DNA from: Girardia tigrina
Lineage: Eukaryota
Assembly (NCBI GenBank): GCA_001938485.1
Contig: MQRK01170068.1
Span: 1-58,139, forward strand
Length of the DNA: 58,139 nt
Direction: 5' to 3'
The translations under genes were made by a program, and so were the position numbers. This document shows, in pieces, positions 13,049-25,144 of this stretch. The notes beneath the pieces were generated by a model. The model had not been told where the DNA came from and did not search any database. It saw only the letters and a list, made by a program, of their open reading frames with translations. How positions within the stretch are numbered: position 1 is the first letter of the stretch; each line of letters starts with the position of its first letter.

Positions 13049-13590
13049 TAAGTATACTTTTGTTGTTTATATGGTACATAAAGAAAAATTGCAAATCCTT
13101 CAAAAAATCGAAAACATTTGGATCTGAACAAGTTATTAATTTAAAATGTTTCTTTTTTTTCACGATATATTTAGGTGAATATTTTTCCTTCTTTAGGCAA
13201 AAGTTTCAACAATTGTACTTGTGAGGAATATTTTAAATTGTTTGAATGTGTGAATGTTTGATGTTGTCTTGCACTTGAAATTGTCGACTACACCTAAGCG
13301 GTGCGCTTAAATTAAATTAAATTACATCGATTCATCTACAGAATAACATTGAAATAAAAATTCTCATTATTTAAGTATACTTTTGTTGTTTATATGGTAC
13401 ATAAAGAAAAATTGCAAATCCTTCAAAAAATCGAAAACATTTGGATCTGAACAAGTTATTAATTTAAAATGTTTCTTTTTTTTCACGATATATTTAGGTG
13501 AATATTTTTCCTTCTTTAGGCAAAAGTTTCAACAATTGTACTTGTGAGGAATATTTTAAATTGTTTGAATGTGTGAATGTTTGATGTTGT
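13049..13590 (+). repeat. 219-bp exact direct duplication (13049-13267 and 13372-13590) with a 104-bp spacer
   Basis: Read identical base by base; includes 171 bp of flank plus the first 48 bp of the adjacent TGT-terminal element. Confidence 0.9.
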
Positions 13591-14413
13591 ATGTTGATTT
13601 GAGTATGTTGAAATTAGAATGGTCATTCTCCTACCCAGATGGAAAAGCATTTAATTAGATTTAATCTAAATTCATTTTTAACAATTTTATAAAGTTTTTA
13701 TTATTCTGAGTTTTATAAAGAAATGGTTAAAATTATTATTTTTAATTAAAGTTTTTATGAAATAAATATTTTAAAAAGAATTAGAAAAAATTGTTCGAAT
13801 AATCATGATAAAAAATAGAAATTAAAAAAACCAATTAGAACGATGTCCAACAGTGAATGATCTTGCGAAAGTTGTGAGGACTGTAAATGTGAAAATAATA
13901 AAGATGATTATGAAAATTGCCTTTATGTCCTTAAAACTACTTGTTCAGAGAACTCACACATTTGGTAGAACATTTATTACATTCACAATTTTGATCATCT
14001 CTATAACAATCCAAAATATTGCTTTATCTTAAATTCCTCACTCAATGTTTAATATTTCTCAACCGAAATCTGAACTAACTTGAAACTACATATTTTATTT
14101 AAAATATTTACGTTAAATGTTATTGGTTAAAGTAAAATGACTTATTATTATTCAAAAATATTAATTCGATTTAATTATTTACAAATTAACAAAAAATAAA
14201 TTAATAAAATCATTTAAAATTTATAATCATAATAAATTTAAAACTTGAATATGAAATCTAAATTTGAATAAATTAGTTTCAAATTATAAGAATTAAAATA
14301 TTAATCATTCATCTGATTAGGAGAGACACAATCCCAAATCAACAGACAACATTCAAACAGGCAAACAGCACACAAAGCAAAAAACACACACAGCATTCCA
14401 AATATTCCTCACA
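13543..14413. mobile_element. Non-autonomous TIR element with TGT...ACA ends and 5-bp TSD (Ginger-like)
   Basis: Perfect terminal TGTGAGGAATATTT/AAATATTCCTCACA, extending imperfectly ~110 bp. TSD GTACT at 13538-13542 and 14414-14418. Confidence 0.8.
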
Positions 14414-14499
14414 GTACTAACTTATATATAAATGTTATTATGTTATTAATTTATGTAATAGCTAATTAAATACTTTCAACAAAGTGAAAGAGATACTTG

Positions 14500-14900
14500 T
14501 TTGAACATTGACTGGTGGATAAAGTTATTTAATCAATAAGACGTCCCAAGAGACTCTCCTAATAATTTCTTAAATTTCTGCAAAAATTTTTAAATTTTTA
14601 TCGTAAAATCTGACTAACAAACCTTCATATATTTAGCGAAATTGATACCATTACCAAATCGCCTGTGCTCCTGAATCCGCTTACAGAGACGACGAGAAGT
14701 CTATCCAATGTATGTGGCACTGTATCCATTACAATAAAATTTTTAAACAAGATTAGAGCCCAAACTCAAACTAGTTGGAATTTTAATTCTAAACACACTT
14801 AATTTTTTGAGATTTCGATATGATTTTTTAAATTTTAGATCGAAGAATTTAGCACTTTTTTCCAATTTTGGCGCATCGCCATTAAAAATGCTCAGGAAAA
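14500..14900 (-). mobile_element. Degenerate Penelope GIY-YIG endonuclease fragment
   Basis: Minus strand reads SNLV*KFYCNGYSATYIG*TSRRLCKRIQEH around 14760-14667. Confidence 0.8.
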
Positions 14901-16081
14901 TATATACATGCGTTTTTTGTTTATTTACTTTAAATAAAGGATTTTTGAATGTTCTGTGCCTTATCTACAAAAATGGACCCTTTTATGTTGAATAATTTGT
15001 TTTTAATAAAACTGTAGTTTTGTCATTCTCATTTAATAATTCTGAATTGGAAAAAAAGTGATAGACACTCAACTAAAAAATCATAAGTAATCATAAAATG
15101 AATAAAATTAATTAATTAAATTTCAATAAATATTACAAATATTTTATTTTAATTCAATTAAATTTTTTTAAAATTTTTCATAGAGTTCAAATGCTCCTTG
15201 ACCAAATAAATGTCTGACACCAAGTGACTCTTTGTCACTGTCACAAGAACAATTTTTTATGAAAATATATTTCGTTTAATCTTTATAATTTATTGAAATA
15301 ATTTATTTATTTTGTTTAGAAGAATTTTATTTAGTAAACACGAAGAAGAAATTAAAAAAACACAGTTGAATTTAAATTAAAAAAATCTTTTTTTGTAATT
15401 ATTATAATTATTTTCTTTTTTTTCAATATTTATTTTATAAATTGGAATAATAAATCCTTTAAAAATATTGATTCAAATTTATTTTTTAAGATAAACGTAT
15501 GAAATATAATTAATACATTTTTTCGGAAAAAAGTCAGAAAAATTGATTAATTTTTGAAAAGTTGAGGAAATTCAAGTATAATGTAACAATGTAAAAGGCT
15601 TCAAAAGTAAATCATTTAAAGGTATTCTAATCTTTTATTTTTCCAATTAAATGACCTGAAAATAAAAAAAAGTTTTCACAAAATAAGTCGAAAAGTAGTG
15701 ATAGGTTTTTTTTCTGATCAAACTTGCGATAAATAAAATAAGATAAATTACTGAAGCAAATGAAAATATTCATTTCCAAAATTATAAAATTAAGTTTAAA
15801 GGTACTAAGATAACAGGATAAATTTTAATCATAAAAGAATGGATGAAAAATTTTGATGAAAAACCTCTCCTTGTTCTACAATTTTTCTACAAAAAAAGCA
15901 ATTTTTGGGATGAAGACAAGTATAATATTATTAAAAGTATTAATAAAGTATTAATATTATAGTATTTACTAATATTCTTACATATTAACATAGATAATAT
16001 AATAATAATTATACTAAACGCACATTGTAAAGAAATATATAAACAAAAACAAAATAAAACAATGATGTCATTAAAATTCAT

Positions 16082-16469
16082 TTATTTTATTTGTTTCTTC
16101 ATTCTTCTACTCAGCTCTTGCAAATCGATTTCTATTTGGGTATTTGTACATCGTAATTTGACTAGAATGTTAGCGTCCGTTATGTTTGACCGTGTTTTGT
16201 GTTTAGTCATTTTCATTTTAGAAAAAAACGTTTCACAGATGTAAGTTGAACCAAAAGCACTAACAACGTTTTGTACCATATTTGTAAAATTCTAAAATTT
16301 CTCTTTTGTGACATAAGTATTATCAAAATATATTTCAAAAATGTGTTTTAAGTCAATATTGTATTAAAAGTAAACCCTATATTTTGTAAAAGCATGATAA
16401 ATCTCGCGGGCCGAAAAAATGTTTAAAGCGAGCCGCATGCGGTCCAAGGACGCAAGCGGGCCACCCTTG
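16082..16469 (-). mobile_element. hAT (Charlie/Buster-like) internally deleted remnant
   Basis: C-terminal dimerization motif SAFGSTYICETFFSKMK..K.K.RS.ITD. Terminus CAAGGGTGGCC...GGACCGCATGCGGCTC at 16469. Confidence 0.8.
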
Positions 16470-17970
16470 CTCTAATTCATTATATACATAATTTATATAA
16501 GTACAAATTTTTAATAAAAAGAAAAAAGAATTTTTAAAAATTATTTTAATAATATTTTACTTTAAAAACATTTTTTTAGCTTCCCTTAAATTCTTAGTTT
16601 AGTACCTTATATACATTGTTAGCGTCTTTAAACAATGTTTGGACAATGTGTACTTTACAAATGAATAAGCCTCAGATAGTCTGATACATGTTTAAAAAAA
16701 GTTCAATCCATGTTGTCAGTTTTTCAATAAGATTTTTAAAATCACTAAATACTTAAACGCCCTAAAAACGACAACGTTTGAACGGTCGTTTTAATGCTAA
16801 ATGCGCCCACATCTAACTAGTTGAGAGATCTTGATAAAGAAATCTTTTAAGTGAAATGCAAGTATCAGTAGCAAAGGTTTCAGTTTGGGTTTATATGAAA
16901 GATTTAACTCCTGGAAAGGTTTGATTGTATTGTTATTATAATGTTAAAATGTAACTGACTTTTTGAAATTCATTTTATGTTGAGAATTACGTTTGATTTT
17001 GCTATTTTCATACTTATGTCTTCACTAATGTCGAGTGGTCAGGCTATAAAATTTGTTTTTGCTGTTTCTCATTAAATGAATTTACAATAAACTAAATAAT
17101 ATTTGTACTAATTATTTTTTAACGCAGACTATCTTTACCTATAGATTTGATAATACAATTTTATTTGAAGCTGTTTAAAAACCTTTTTTGGTTTTCACTG
17201 GTCGCTTTTCGAGATTTCGAGGTTTTTATAGGAAAAGAATAAGAAAAGGTTTTTTACAACTTAATCCATGTTTGCATTAGTCATTTATACATTTATTGGT
17301 TTACTGAGTAACATTATTTTTTAGTTCGAAAGAGATAAAAAATAATAACAGTAATAATGTTTTTATAAATTAAACATTTACTTGTTAGTACGATATCCTA
17401 ATTTACTTGAATATCTTTTGTATTACATATCCAGTTTTTAAAGTAAATGGTATATATAAAAATCAATGGTTTTATGATTTTTTTCTCATTTTCTGAAGAA
17501 ATCTTAATTAATGAAGATTGCAATTTAATTAGGGTTATCTTATATTATTTCTCGCGATAAAATTCTTCCTCGGGCAGTTTCCTTGGAGCTCATGAAGGCA
17601 AGAGATGTCAGAAATGATTATTCTTCATCCATATGAATGTCCTACAATTTTAGGGACAGCCACATTTGAAAGGAATCAACGGAAATTAAGAAAATATTTC
17701 ATGTTTATATTACAATAGTTTACTATCGTTACCATAATTATAGGAAAAGTAAAACAGGCTTAATATTAAATATCTTAAAATAAAGTTAATTAAAATACTA
17801 AAGAATAAAGTTGAACTTTAATAATATTTGAAAATACTTTGTTACCGTTTTACATTTTAAAATGAAATAGATTATAAAACATCAACTTACAACACAAATA
17901 AAGTTTCTGAAGATAATAAAAGATTGTGATCAAAACATATCCAGCTTTGATTTAAAAAAAAATAGTTTAA

Positions 17971-18013
<43 letters not shown>

Positions 18014-18489
18014 NNNNNNNNNNNNNNNNNNNNNNNNNNNNNNNNNNNNNNNNNNNNNNNNNNNNNNNNNNNNNNNNNNNNNNNNNNNNNNNNNNNNNNN
18101 NNAAAAAATCATCATCAGCAATTTTCTATTGAATTGTTTGAATAATACAATCTTACACAATTTTAATAAATACAATTTACTTTAAATGGTAACAAAGAAA
18201 TTAAACATTTTTATTTATTTATTTTATTTATTTTCTTTGTTACCATTTAAAGTAAATTGTATTTATTAAAATTGTGTAAGATTGTATTATTCAAACAATT
18301 CAATAGAAAATTGCTGATGATGATTTTTTTAAAAATCGAAACATGNNNNNNNNNNNNNNNNNNNNNNNNNNNNNNNNNNNNNNNNNNNNNNNNNNTTCAA
18401 TAGAAAATTGCTGATGATGATTTTTTTAAAAATCGAAACATGTCCAATAGTTGTATTAAAAAAGCTTTAATCAAATTATATTTTCGAAA
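18014..18489. mobile_element. Apparently ORF-less Penelope pLTR unit (inverted plus direct pLTR copies) inserted in (TA)n
   Basis: ~98-bp perfect inverted repeat 18103-18200/18232-18330. The 18440-18490 tail matches the reverse complement of 991-1041. (TA)n at 17974-18013 and 18489-18512. Two N gaps inside. Confidence 0.8.
18407..18448 (+). ncRNA. Minimal type I hammerhead ribozyme (partial copies at 18309-18345 on + and 18103-18124 on -)
   Basis: AUUG-CUGAUGA-U-GAUUUUU(UU)AAAAAUC-GAAA-CAUG-UC-CAAU; predicted cleavage after C18444. Confidence 0.85.
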
Positions 18490-19190
18490 TATATATATAT
18501 ATATATATATATCATTATGTATCATTTAATTTTTTGAACTTATTGAATAATGGAAATATATCCTTGAAATAACCATTTTATTAATATTGATCCACTAATT
18601 TTGATACAGACGACTGATTTATTGATTTTGAATATTAAATTGGTTATTTCAAAGGACGAGCCACCTGATAATGTTCTGTTAGGAAGGGAACATATTGTGA
18701 ATTTTAGTGGATTAAATAACTGCTATTGAAATTTTCACGGGGGTCAAAACTCGTATATTGAATAAATCGGGCGGCTGCTAGATACTTTTTAGTTTTGATG
18801 GACTCTCTAAAGAGCCTGGATGCTCAATACAATTGAAAGAGATGAGATGCCTACATTCAATAAGATTTTCATCTGTATTTATATAGGAGCATTGCCAGCA
18901 AGAAATATGAAAAATTAATTTATATAGTTAGGAGTAAATATTTATTTATATTTATTGAGTTAGGATTTCTTTTGATATAAAATATAAAATCAATTGACAA
19001 TCTTAGATTATTATTCAATAGATATGTAAAAAGCATGCGACTCAATAATTTAATGCGACTCAAACGTTTTGATAATACATTAGTGCTCTCGATGCATCTT
19101 AGGAAATAACTTTGGCCGAAAGGATTGATAATAAATATTTTTATATTAAGTAACAGAAAAGATTGAATTTTTAAAAATTTCACTTGTTAC

Positions 19191-19319
19191 CTTTTGTTTG
19201 TCCAATATTTTAATAGCTCCATACTCTTTAGTCGTTTTGTGCTGCACAAGCATCACCCGGCCAAAGGATCCCGTTCCTAAGGTTCTTAGTCTTTCAAAAT
19301 CATCGAGTTGTGAGGTATT
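19191..19319 (-). CDS. PRKACA-like (Pka-C): PKA catalytic subunit exon (Gly-rich loop and catalytic Lys; equivalent to vertebrate exon 3)
   Basis: 129 nt, tttag|...|gtaac. Encodes [43 protein letters not shown]. Confidence 0.95.
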
Positions 19320-19559
19320 CTAAATAAGAAATACGTTTTATACTTTTAAATAAAAAATTTAAATTATTTGACAAAAATTTAATAAAACATTATTTTGTAA
19401 AGTTTATCTTTCGAAGAATGTGGATAGAAAAGTATCAAATAATTTCCAAAACCATCATTATCAGTAACAAACTTACTTTTAAAATCTTATCGTTTTCTGA
19501 TTTTTCAAAAACTTCAAATCAGTAACAATGAAAATCGAGTTTGTTCTTGCATAAACCTT

Positions 19560-20000
19560 TAAACAGAGCTTCTTATTATGGATTTAAATTATTCCACTTA
19601 TGAACAGTGAATTCCATTTTATATTGATGGTCATGTTATGTTCATAATGCCGTATGCTTTTAGACACCAAGGTTCTACAGACCATTTTGCTTTACATTTA
19701 TTATATGATTTGCATATTACTGTTTGAGATGCTATTAAAAGAAATTATTTATTTGAATTATAAATTTTTTCCTTTTGGTGTTTTGGTTTTTGAAACGTAA
19801 TGATAGGGAGTTCAACAGCTTTTAAGAAGATGGTTCCACGTAGTAAATGGTTCCAGTAAGATGGCATGATTTCAAACTGGGTGCAATAATACGTTTTCTT
19901 TTAACTAACGGGTTTAGTCACCACTTGTTTGTTTTTAAAATAATAATTGCTTCCAGACGGAGTAAAATAATACCATAAATTTTTCATTCATCTAGGCCTT
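19560..20000 (-). mobile_element. Possible highly degenerate CACTA/EnSpm transposase remnant
   Basis: Frameshifted minus-strand fragments APSLKS...TWNHL...LKAVELP resemble the DG.P.FKS..S.WP...ELP block; weak. Confidence 0.25.
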
Positions 20001-21429
20001 TATAAAACTTCGGTACCTTCTTTCAAGTACATATGGTAGAGATTTCTTAGATGTATTAACTATAAAGGAACCATAGTGCAACTCAGATATTTATTTTATT
20101 GTTTTGGAAGCTTAAATTTGTATACTAAGATTTGAATAATTACAATTTTGTAACTGCTCTATTTTTGTCACGTTTGTAGTTTCTATAAAATTATGATTTT
20201 AAAACTCTTCTGACATTTAAACTTTTTCTAGGACATGGTGTACCAATTCAAGTTCTATTTATTGCAGTAATTGCTTTCAATATTATTCAATTTACCATAT
20301 TATATTATTCATTTTTGTTATGTATTATATTGTTTATATCATTCAATTTTTTCAACAATATCGATTTAAAAAGTTTACTTCATTTAGTTAAATAATATTA
20401 AAAAAAACGTGTTAAGAAGAAAGATAAAAAATAAGTTTATTAAAGTCACAGTAATGTGAAAAAAATATAAAAAACTTATACTAAATAATAAAATTATTAG
20501 TAAAATAAATAATAATTTAATTTAATGGTTACAATTTTTTATGATTTAAAAGAACATATTTATAAGTAAAGTTAAAAAACATTTAATTTTATATTCGTTA
20601 GAATTGTTCAAGAAATGTAACAAGTCAAATTCTTATGCTTTTATTTATTAGAAATTTATTTATTTATTTTCAATTAAGAACTTGTTATGCCTCATGTAAA
20701 AAAACATATTTTATTACGACTAAAAAAATAAAATAAAATTTATTATAATTAAAATTAATATAAAATTTAGTTGAATGAAAAAATTATTTACAAAAAGATT
20801 TATTTTCTTTAAGTTTAATCTTCTTTAAATAAAATAATAATGATAAATAAAAATTAATAAATAATAAAAAACAATTTTCAAATAGATAAAATAATTCGAT
20901 AAATAATTTAAATGAAACAACAATTTAATTTACATAATAAATGTTTTTTTAAATGATAATTAATTTCACTTTGTCAAATTCAATTATTATTAAGAGAGTT
21001 TTTTCGTTGTTTTTCGAGAATATAAAGTCGACAAATCATTAAATATTTTTTAAACTTTATCTCCAACATTTTTTTCGTTTATTTTATTATTTGGAATATG
21101 ATGCGAATTCCCCAACCACTTTTTCCCATTTTAATCCACGAGATTCAGTTTTTGGAATTAAAATATCAGTTTTAAGAAGAGATAATGAGTTTTTCATTTA
21201 AATAAAGCTTTTATATTCCAATTTCAATTTAATAGTTATAATTTTTTTTCTTTTGCCCCTCCAAAATGTGTGTGGATCCTTGAAAAACATAGCTGAACCA
21301 CTTAGGCGACACTAAAATGTACTTGTTTAGGCTCGAACTTATGTGCCGTGTGCGGAAATTTGAGTAAAACAATAATAAAAGACACCAGATACAAAATCTT
21401 GATAGTTTGAGTTGAAGTTAGAATAGTTA

Positions 21430-21711
21430 TTGACGATATAATTGTGCTAATCATCAACAAGGTTGGTCGAAGACGTGGAATCGCAAATGGAATTGTTGAT
21501 CGAGCTCAAGAGAGACTTGGTTGTAAGGTTTTGTGGAATTTTTGTTGTTGATATTGAGGAACCTCCAAAAGCAGTGAATGAGGATGTGATTTGATGAATT
21601 GAGATCGGGAATAGCTGTTATTACATTGTCCCAGATTTTTATCACAAGAAATGTATTAAAATCCACTGCTGACAGTCTTATTATTACATGGAACTGATTA
21701 ATCAATATTTA

Positions 21712-21757
<46 letters not shown>

Positions 21758-21960
21758 GTAACTTTAGGTCACTTCAGTGTCTCTGGGGTTGCCATGCCAC
21801 CCGATTCAATTCGCAACTCGAATTGTTTGCTTTGATCTATTTACAGTTGCAATTGAAGCATTTAGTTGAGAAGATTCATGTATGACATTTGTGATAGACA
21901 TATTGATAGCTGCTGGGTAAATGATGTGCTAGGATGTTGTGACGTGTTGATTCTGATGCG
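21430..21960 (-). mobile_element. Possible LINE 3' remnant interrupted by (TA)n
   Basis: Raised GC; FNTFLVIKIWDNV resembles the FF..RVI..WN.L C-terminal motif of CR1/L2-type ORF2. Confidence 0.3.
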
Positions 21961-22259
21961 CCACTTTAACTTTTGAAATTATATAAAATGCAGAGGTTCA
22001 ATAATGAGAACAACAAGAACACATTGAAAATATTTATTTATTTCAAATTCATATACAAATTGTGTTTATTTAAAAAAAGTTATTTTTTGATTTTTTATTT
22101 TTTGATTTTATTTTTTTTTCTAATTGAAAGGTGGTCGTCGACCGAACAGCAACGCAACACTATAACTCTACTAGGTTTTATTTATTTCAACCTTTTTCCC
22201 ATAGTCATATTTGGAAAATTACTAACATAATAATAATAATAGTAAAAATATATTCCTAC

Positions 22260-22321
22260 TTGACTCGGTTTCTCCCATTTTTCAGTAAATAGTCTTTTTG
22301 CTTCTTCTAAATAAGCTTTAA
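22260..22321 (-). CDS. PRKACA-like (Pka-C): PKA catalytic subunit exon (A-helix; equivalent to vertebrate exon 2)
   Basis: 62 nt, phase 1 to phase 0, tttag|TTAAAGCT...AGTCAA|gtagg. Encodes (V)KAYLEEAKRLFTEKWEKPSQ, compare VKEFLAKAKEDFLKKWE.P.Q. In frame with 19319. Confidence 0.93.
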
Positions 22322-22511
22322 CTAAATAAAAATCATACATTATTTATCGAAGATATACAATTGAAAAAATAAAATACAAAATAACAGATTTAAAACAGTT
22401 GTTTTTCAAAATATTGAAAAGCTATAGAATGTTTTTGCAATTTAAAAGAAATGTGTTTAATGTTGTCAAAATTTTATTTATAATAAATTAATGACATCAA
22501 AATAACCTTAC

Positions 22512-22547
22512 CACAAACACTCTGCGACAAAGTGTTTTCCCATCTTG
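22512..22547 (-). CDS. Candidate 36-nt symmetric (phase 1-1) PKA microexon
   Basis: tttatatttag|CAAGATGG...GTTTGTG|gtaagg. Reads (A)RWENTLSQSVC(V) without stops; 190 nt upstream of the A-helix exon. Confidence 0.6.
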
Positions 22548-22644
22548 CTAAATATAAACTATATATTTCTAAATTAAACCTAAATTATTTGTTTCTTGAT
22601 ATATTTTGAGGCAATGAATGGAACAATAAATATAAATATAAATA

Positions 22645-23562
22645 CAGTAACTTTTTGAGATAATGAGTGCCACGGGGACCTAAAAAATGGCCGCTCATTA
22701 ACAAAAATGAAGATTTCAATATTTATTGAATTTTTAAAAGAAATCCGTTATTTTTAAGGTTCTATGTTTTTTGTTATCTAGTAAATGAGTTCTAAGATCA
22801 TCCAAGTTTGAGTGCAAAGTAATTATGAACAAGAAAGTACCTTTCCAATTTTTTTAAACAACACACAGCATCTGTATATTCGATCTCTGGCTCATCTTGT
22901 TCTAATGTTTCTTCATGTTCAACAAATTTATTTAGAGATTCAATCTGTTCGAGAAAAGCTCTGTTATCAATATCGGAATCTGCACATATTAAAAAGTCAT
23001 TGTATTCAAATATTTCAGAAACATCTATGTTAGTATCTGATGGAGCGGTATTATTAACTTCATTTACAGGATTTAAATATCCCTATTAATAGCGGGGGCT
23101 CTTTTTCACAAGTTTCACTTTAGCAATAAAGAAGTGTTACTCTTTATTTAGAGAATTTTCCACTAGCATTTTCTTAGTTTCTTAAAATAAGTGCCTTTTT
23201 TGGAGGACACTTAAAGAACAACCCTGTTTCGTCACAATTAAATACGTTACGATTAGCGTATTTATTATAAACTTTTTCGAATTCTGCCCATGATTCACAT
23301 AAAACCAAAGGGTTTACCAAACCTTCTTCACCAAAAATAAATTGTGTTTTTATTCCAAATGATCTTTTAAATTTCGATATTCATGTGCCGGAAGCCTTAA
23401 AGTATTCCATTTCCAATTTTTTTGGAAATGTTTAATGCAATCTCCTCCAACATTAAGTTTGTTATTGTGTTGTTCAACTTTCTCTTCCTTGATATTCAAT
23501 CGTAGGGATGCGGATATATTTCTTGTGTCTTTATATTTGAAATAATACTGTTACTGCCTGCA
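22645..23562 (-). mobile_element. pogo/Tigger family A copy, internally deleted and 5'-truncated
   Basis: TA-CAGTAACTTTTTGAGATAAT terminus. Reverse complement is homologous to 44150-44650 and 45115-45544. Motif VFNCDETGLFFKCPP. Confidence 0.9.
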
Positions 23563-23564
23563 AT

Positions 23565-25061
23565 TTAATTGTTTATATTGTTTACATTGTTTATTGCACT
23601 GTTTTGTATCCTTGATTAAAATGGGTAACGATTCTGAACAAAAACAAAAGAAACAACGAAGATCTTTTAGTTCAGCAAAGAAAAAATAAGTTATTGAATA
23701 AGCTAGTTAGGAAACATACGGGAAGCTGCAAGACGATATGATATTGATGAAATTTTATTCGAAGATGGATCGCCCAAGAGTCTGTTATCAAAGCAATGAA
23801 TCCAAATCGAAGATCTTTGCTTGGTGGTAACGCTAGATATCCGGAATTAGAAACGAAATTACACGAATGGATCCTAATTCAACTTGAACGAGAACTTTAA
23901 GTGTCGCTTTTTCGAATTCGTTTACAGAATCAAGTAATTGCCAAAGAGATGAAGATTTAAGTTTTTTTGTCGCGAGCTCTCAATGGACTGATAATTTTAT
24001 GAAACACAAAAATATTTGTGTTCGACGGCCTACCACAAAGCAATAATTGCCGAAACATTGGGAATTTAAGATGGTCAAGTGTAGAAGCACCATCTCAGAT
24101 TTAAAGAATGATTTGCCAGATAATCAAATTGGTAATTTTGATCAAGTGTCCGTTCAATATTACATGCATTTTGGGTACACAATTAAGACTAAAGGTGCCA
24201 GTGAGGTCCGCATTAAAACTACAGGATATGAGAAAAACGTTTCACTGTCAGCTATGTGTTCTCAAAGATGGTACGGAATTTCTGCATTTTGTTATTTTTG
24301 GCACAAAGAAACTTCCAAAGACTTGCATTCCTGAATCAAAGTTTGTTATTGCAGCTAATGGATCTGGTTGGATGAATCATGAAACTTTTAAGACATGGCT
24401 CAAGAAAGTATGGAAGAGACGAATTACATTGCCTCCAAAGACACCATGGAACGAGGATCAAAAAGTAACATCATTGCTTTTATTTGATATGTGTCGCTCA
24501 CATCTTGTCACTACTACACTTGCTGAAATTAAGAAGGAATCCAAAATAGCTTTCATATCTACCGGATTGACATCAATTGTGCAGCCATTAGATCTTATTG
24601 TTAAACGTTCGTTCAAGTCTAAATTGCGCAAGAATTGGGAGGATTGGATCATTAAAGATTGTGAGAATATCAAGCATACTAAATCCGGAAATATGAAAGA
24701 AGCTGACTGGAATACCATTTGCTAATGGATTGTCTATTCTTGGGAAGAGGTTAACCTTTCCACCATTTTGAATGGTTTTCGTGTTTCATTCGGTGAAGAC
24801 GACGATGTTCTTGAAATTGAAGAAATTGAAATGAATGTGAATGAATGAATGTGATCAAAACATTGCAGTTTTTCATGACCTTGTAGAATTACTAGAAAAT
24901 TTCACTTGTGATATTTTTAGGAGTGTGATGTTGAAAATTGAAATAAATAAATAATCGTATCTTCAATTTGAATTGTTTTTGAAATTGTAAAAGCTGCACG
25001 TCATATTATCTGTAATTCAAAAATGTTGCCTTAATGTTCGTTTTAGCTGCAAATTTTACAG
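23565..25061 (+). mobile_element. pogo family B transposon (CENP-B HTH plus DDE_1), decayed, left end missing
   Basis: GNFDQVSV, IKTTGYEK, NGSGWMN, LLLFDMCRSH, TGLTSIVQPLDL. Right end AATTTTACAG-TA. Confidence 0.9.
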
Positions 25062-25106
25062 TATATATGTTGAGAAATGATAGACTTAAATGTCAAAGAA
25101 AAGTTG

Positions 25107-25144
<38 letters not shown>

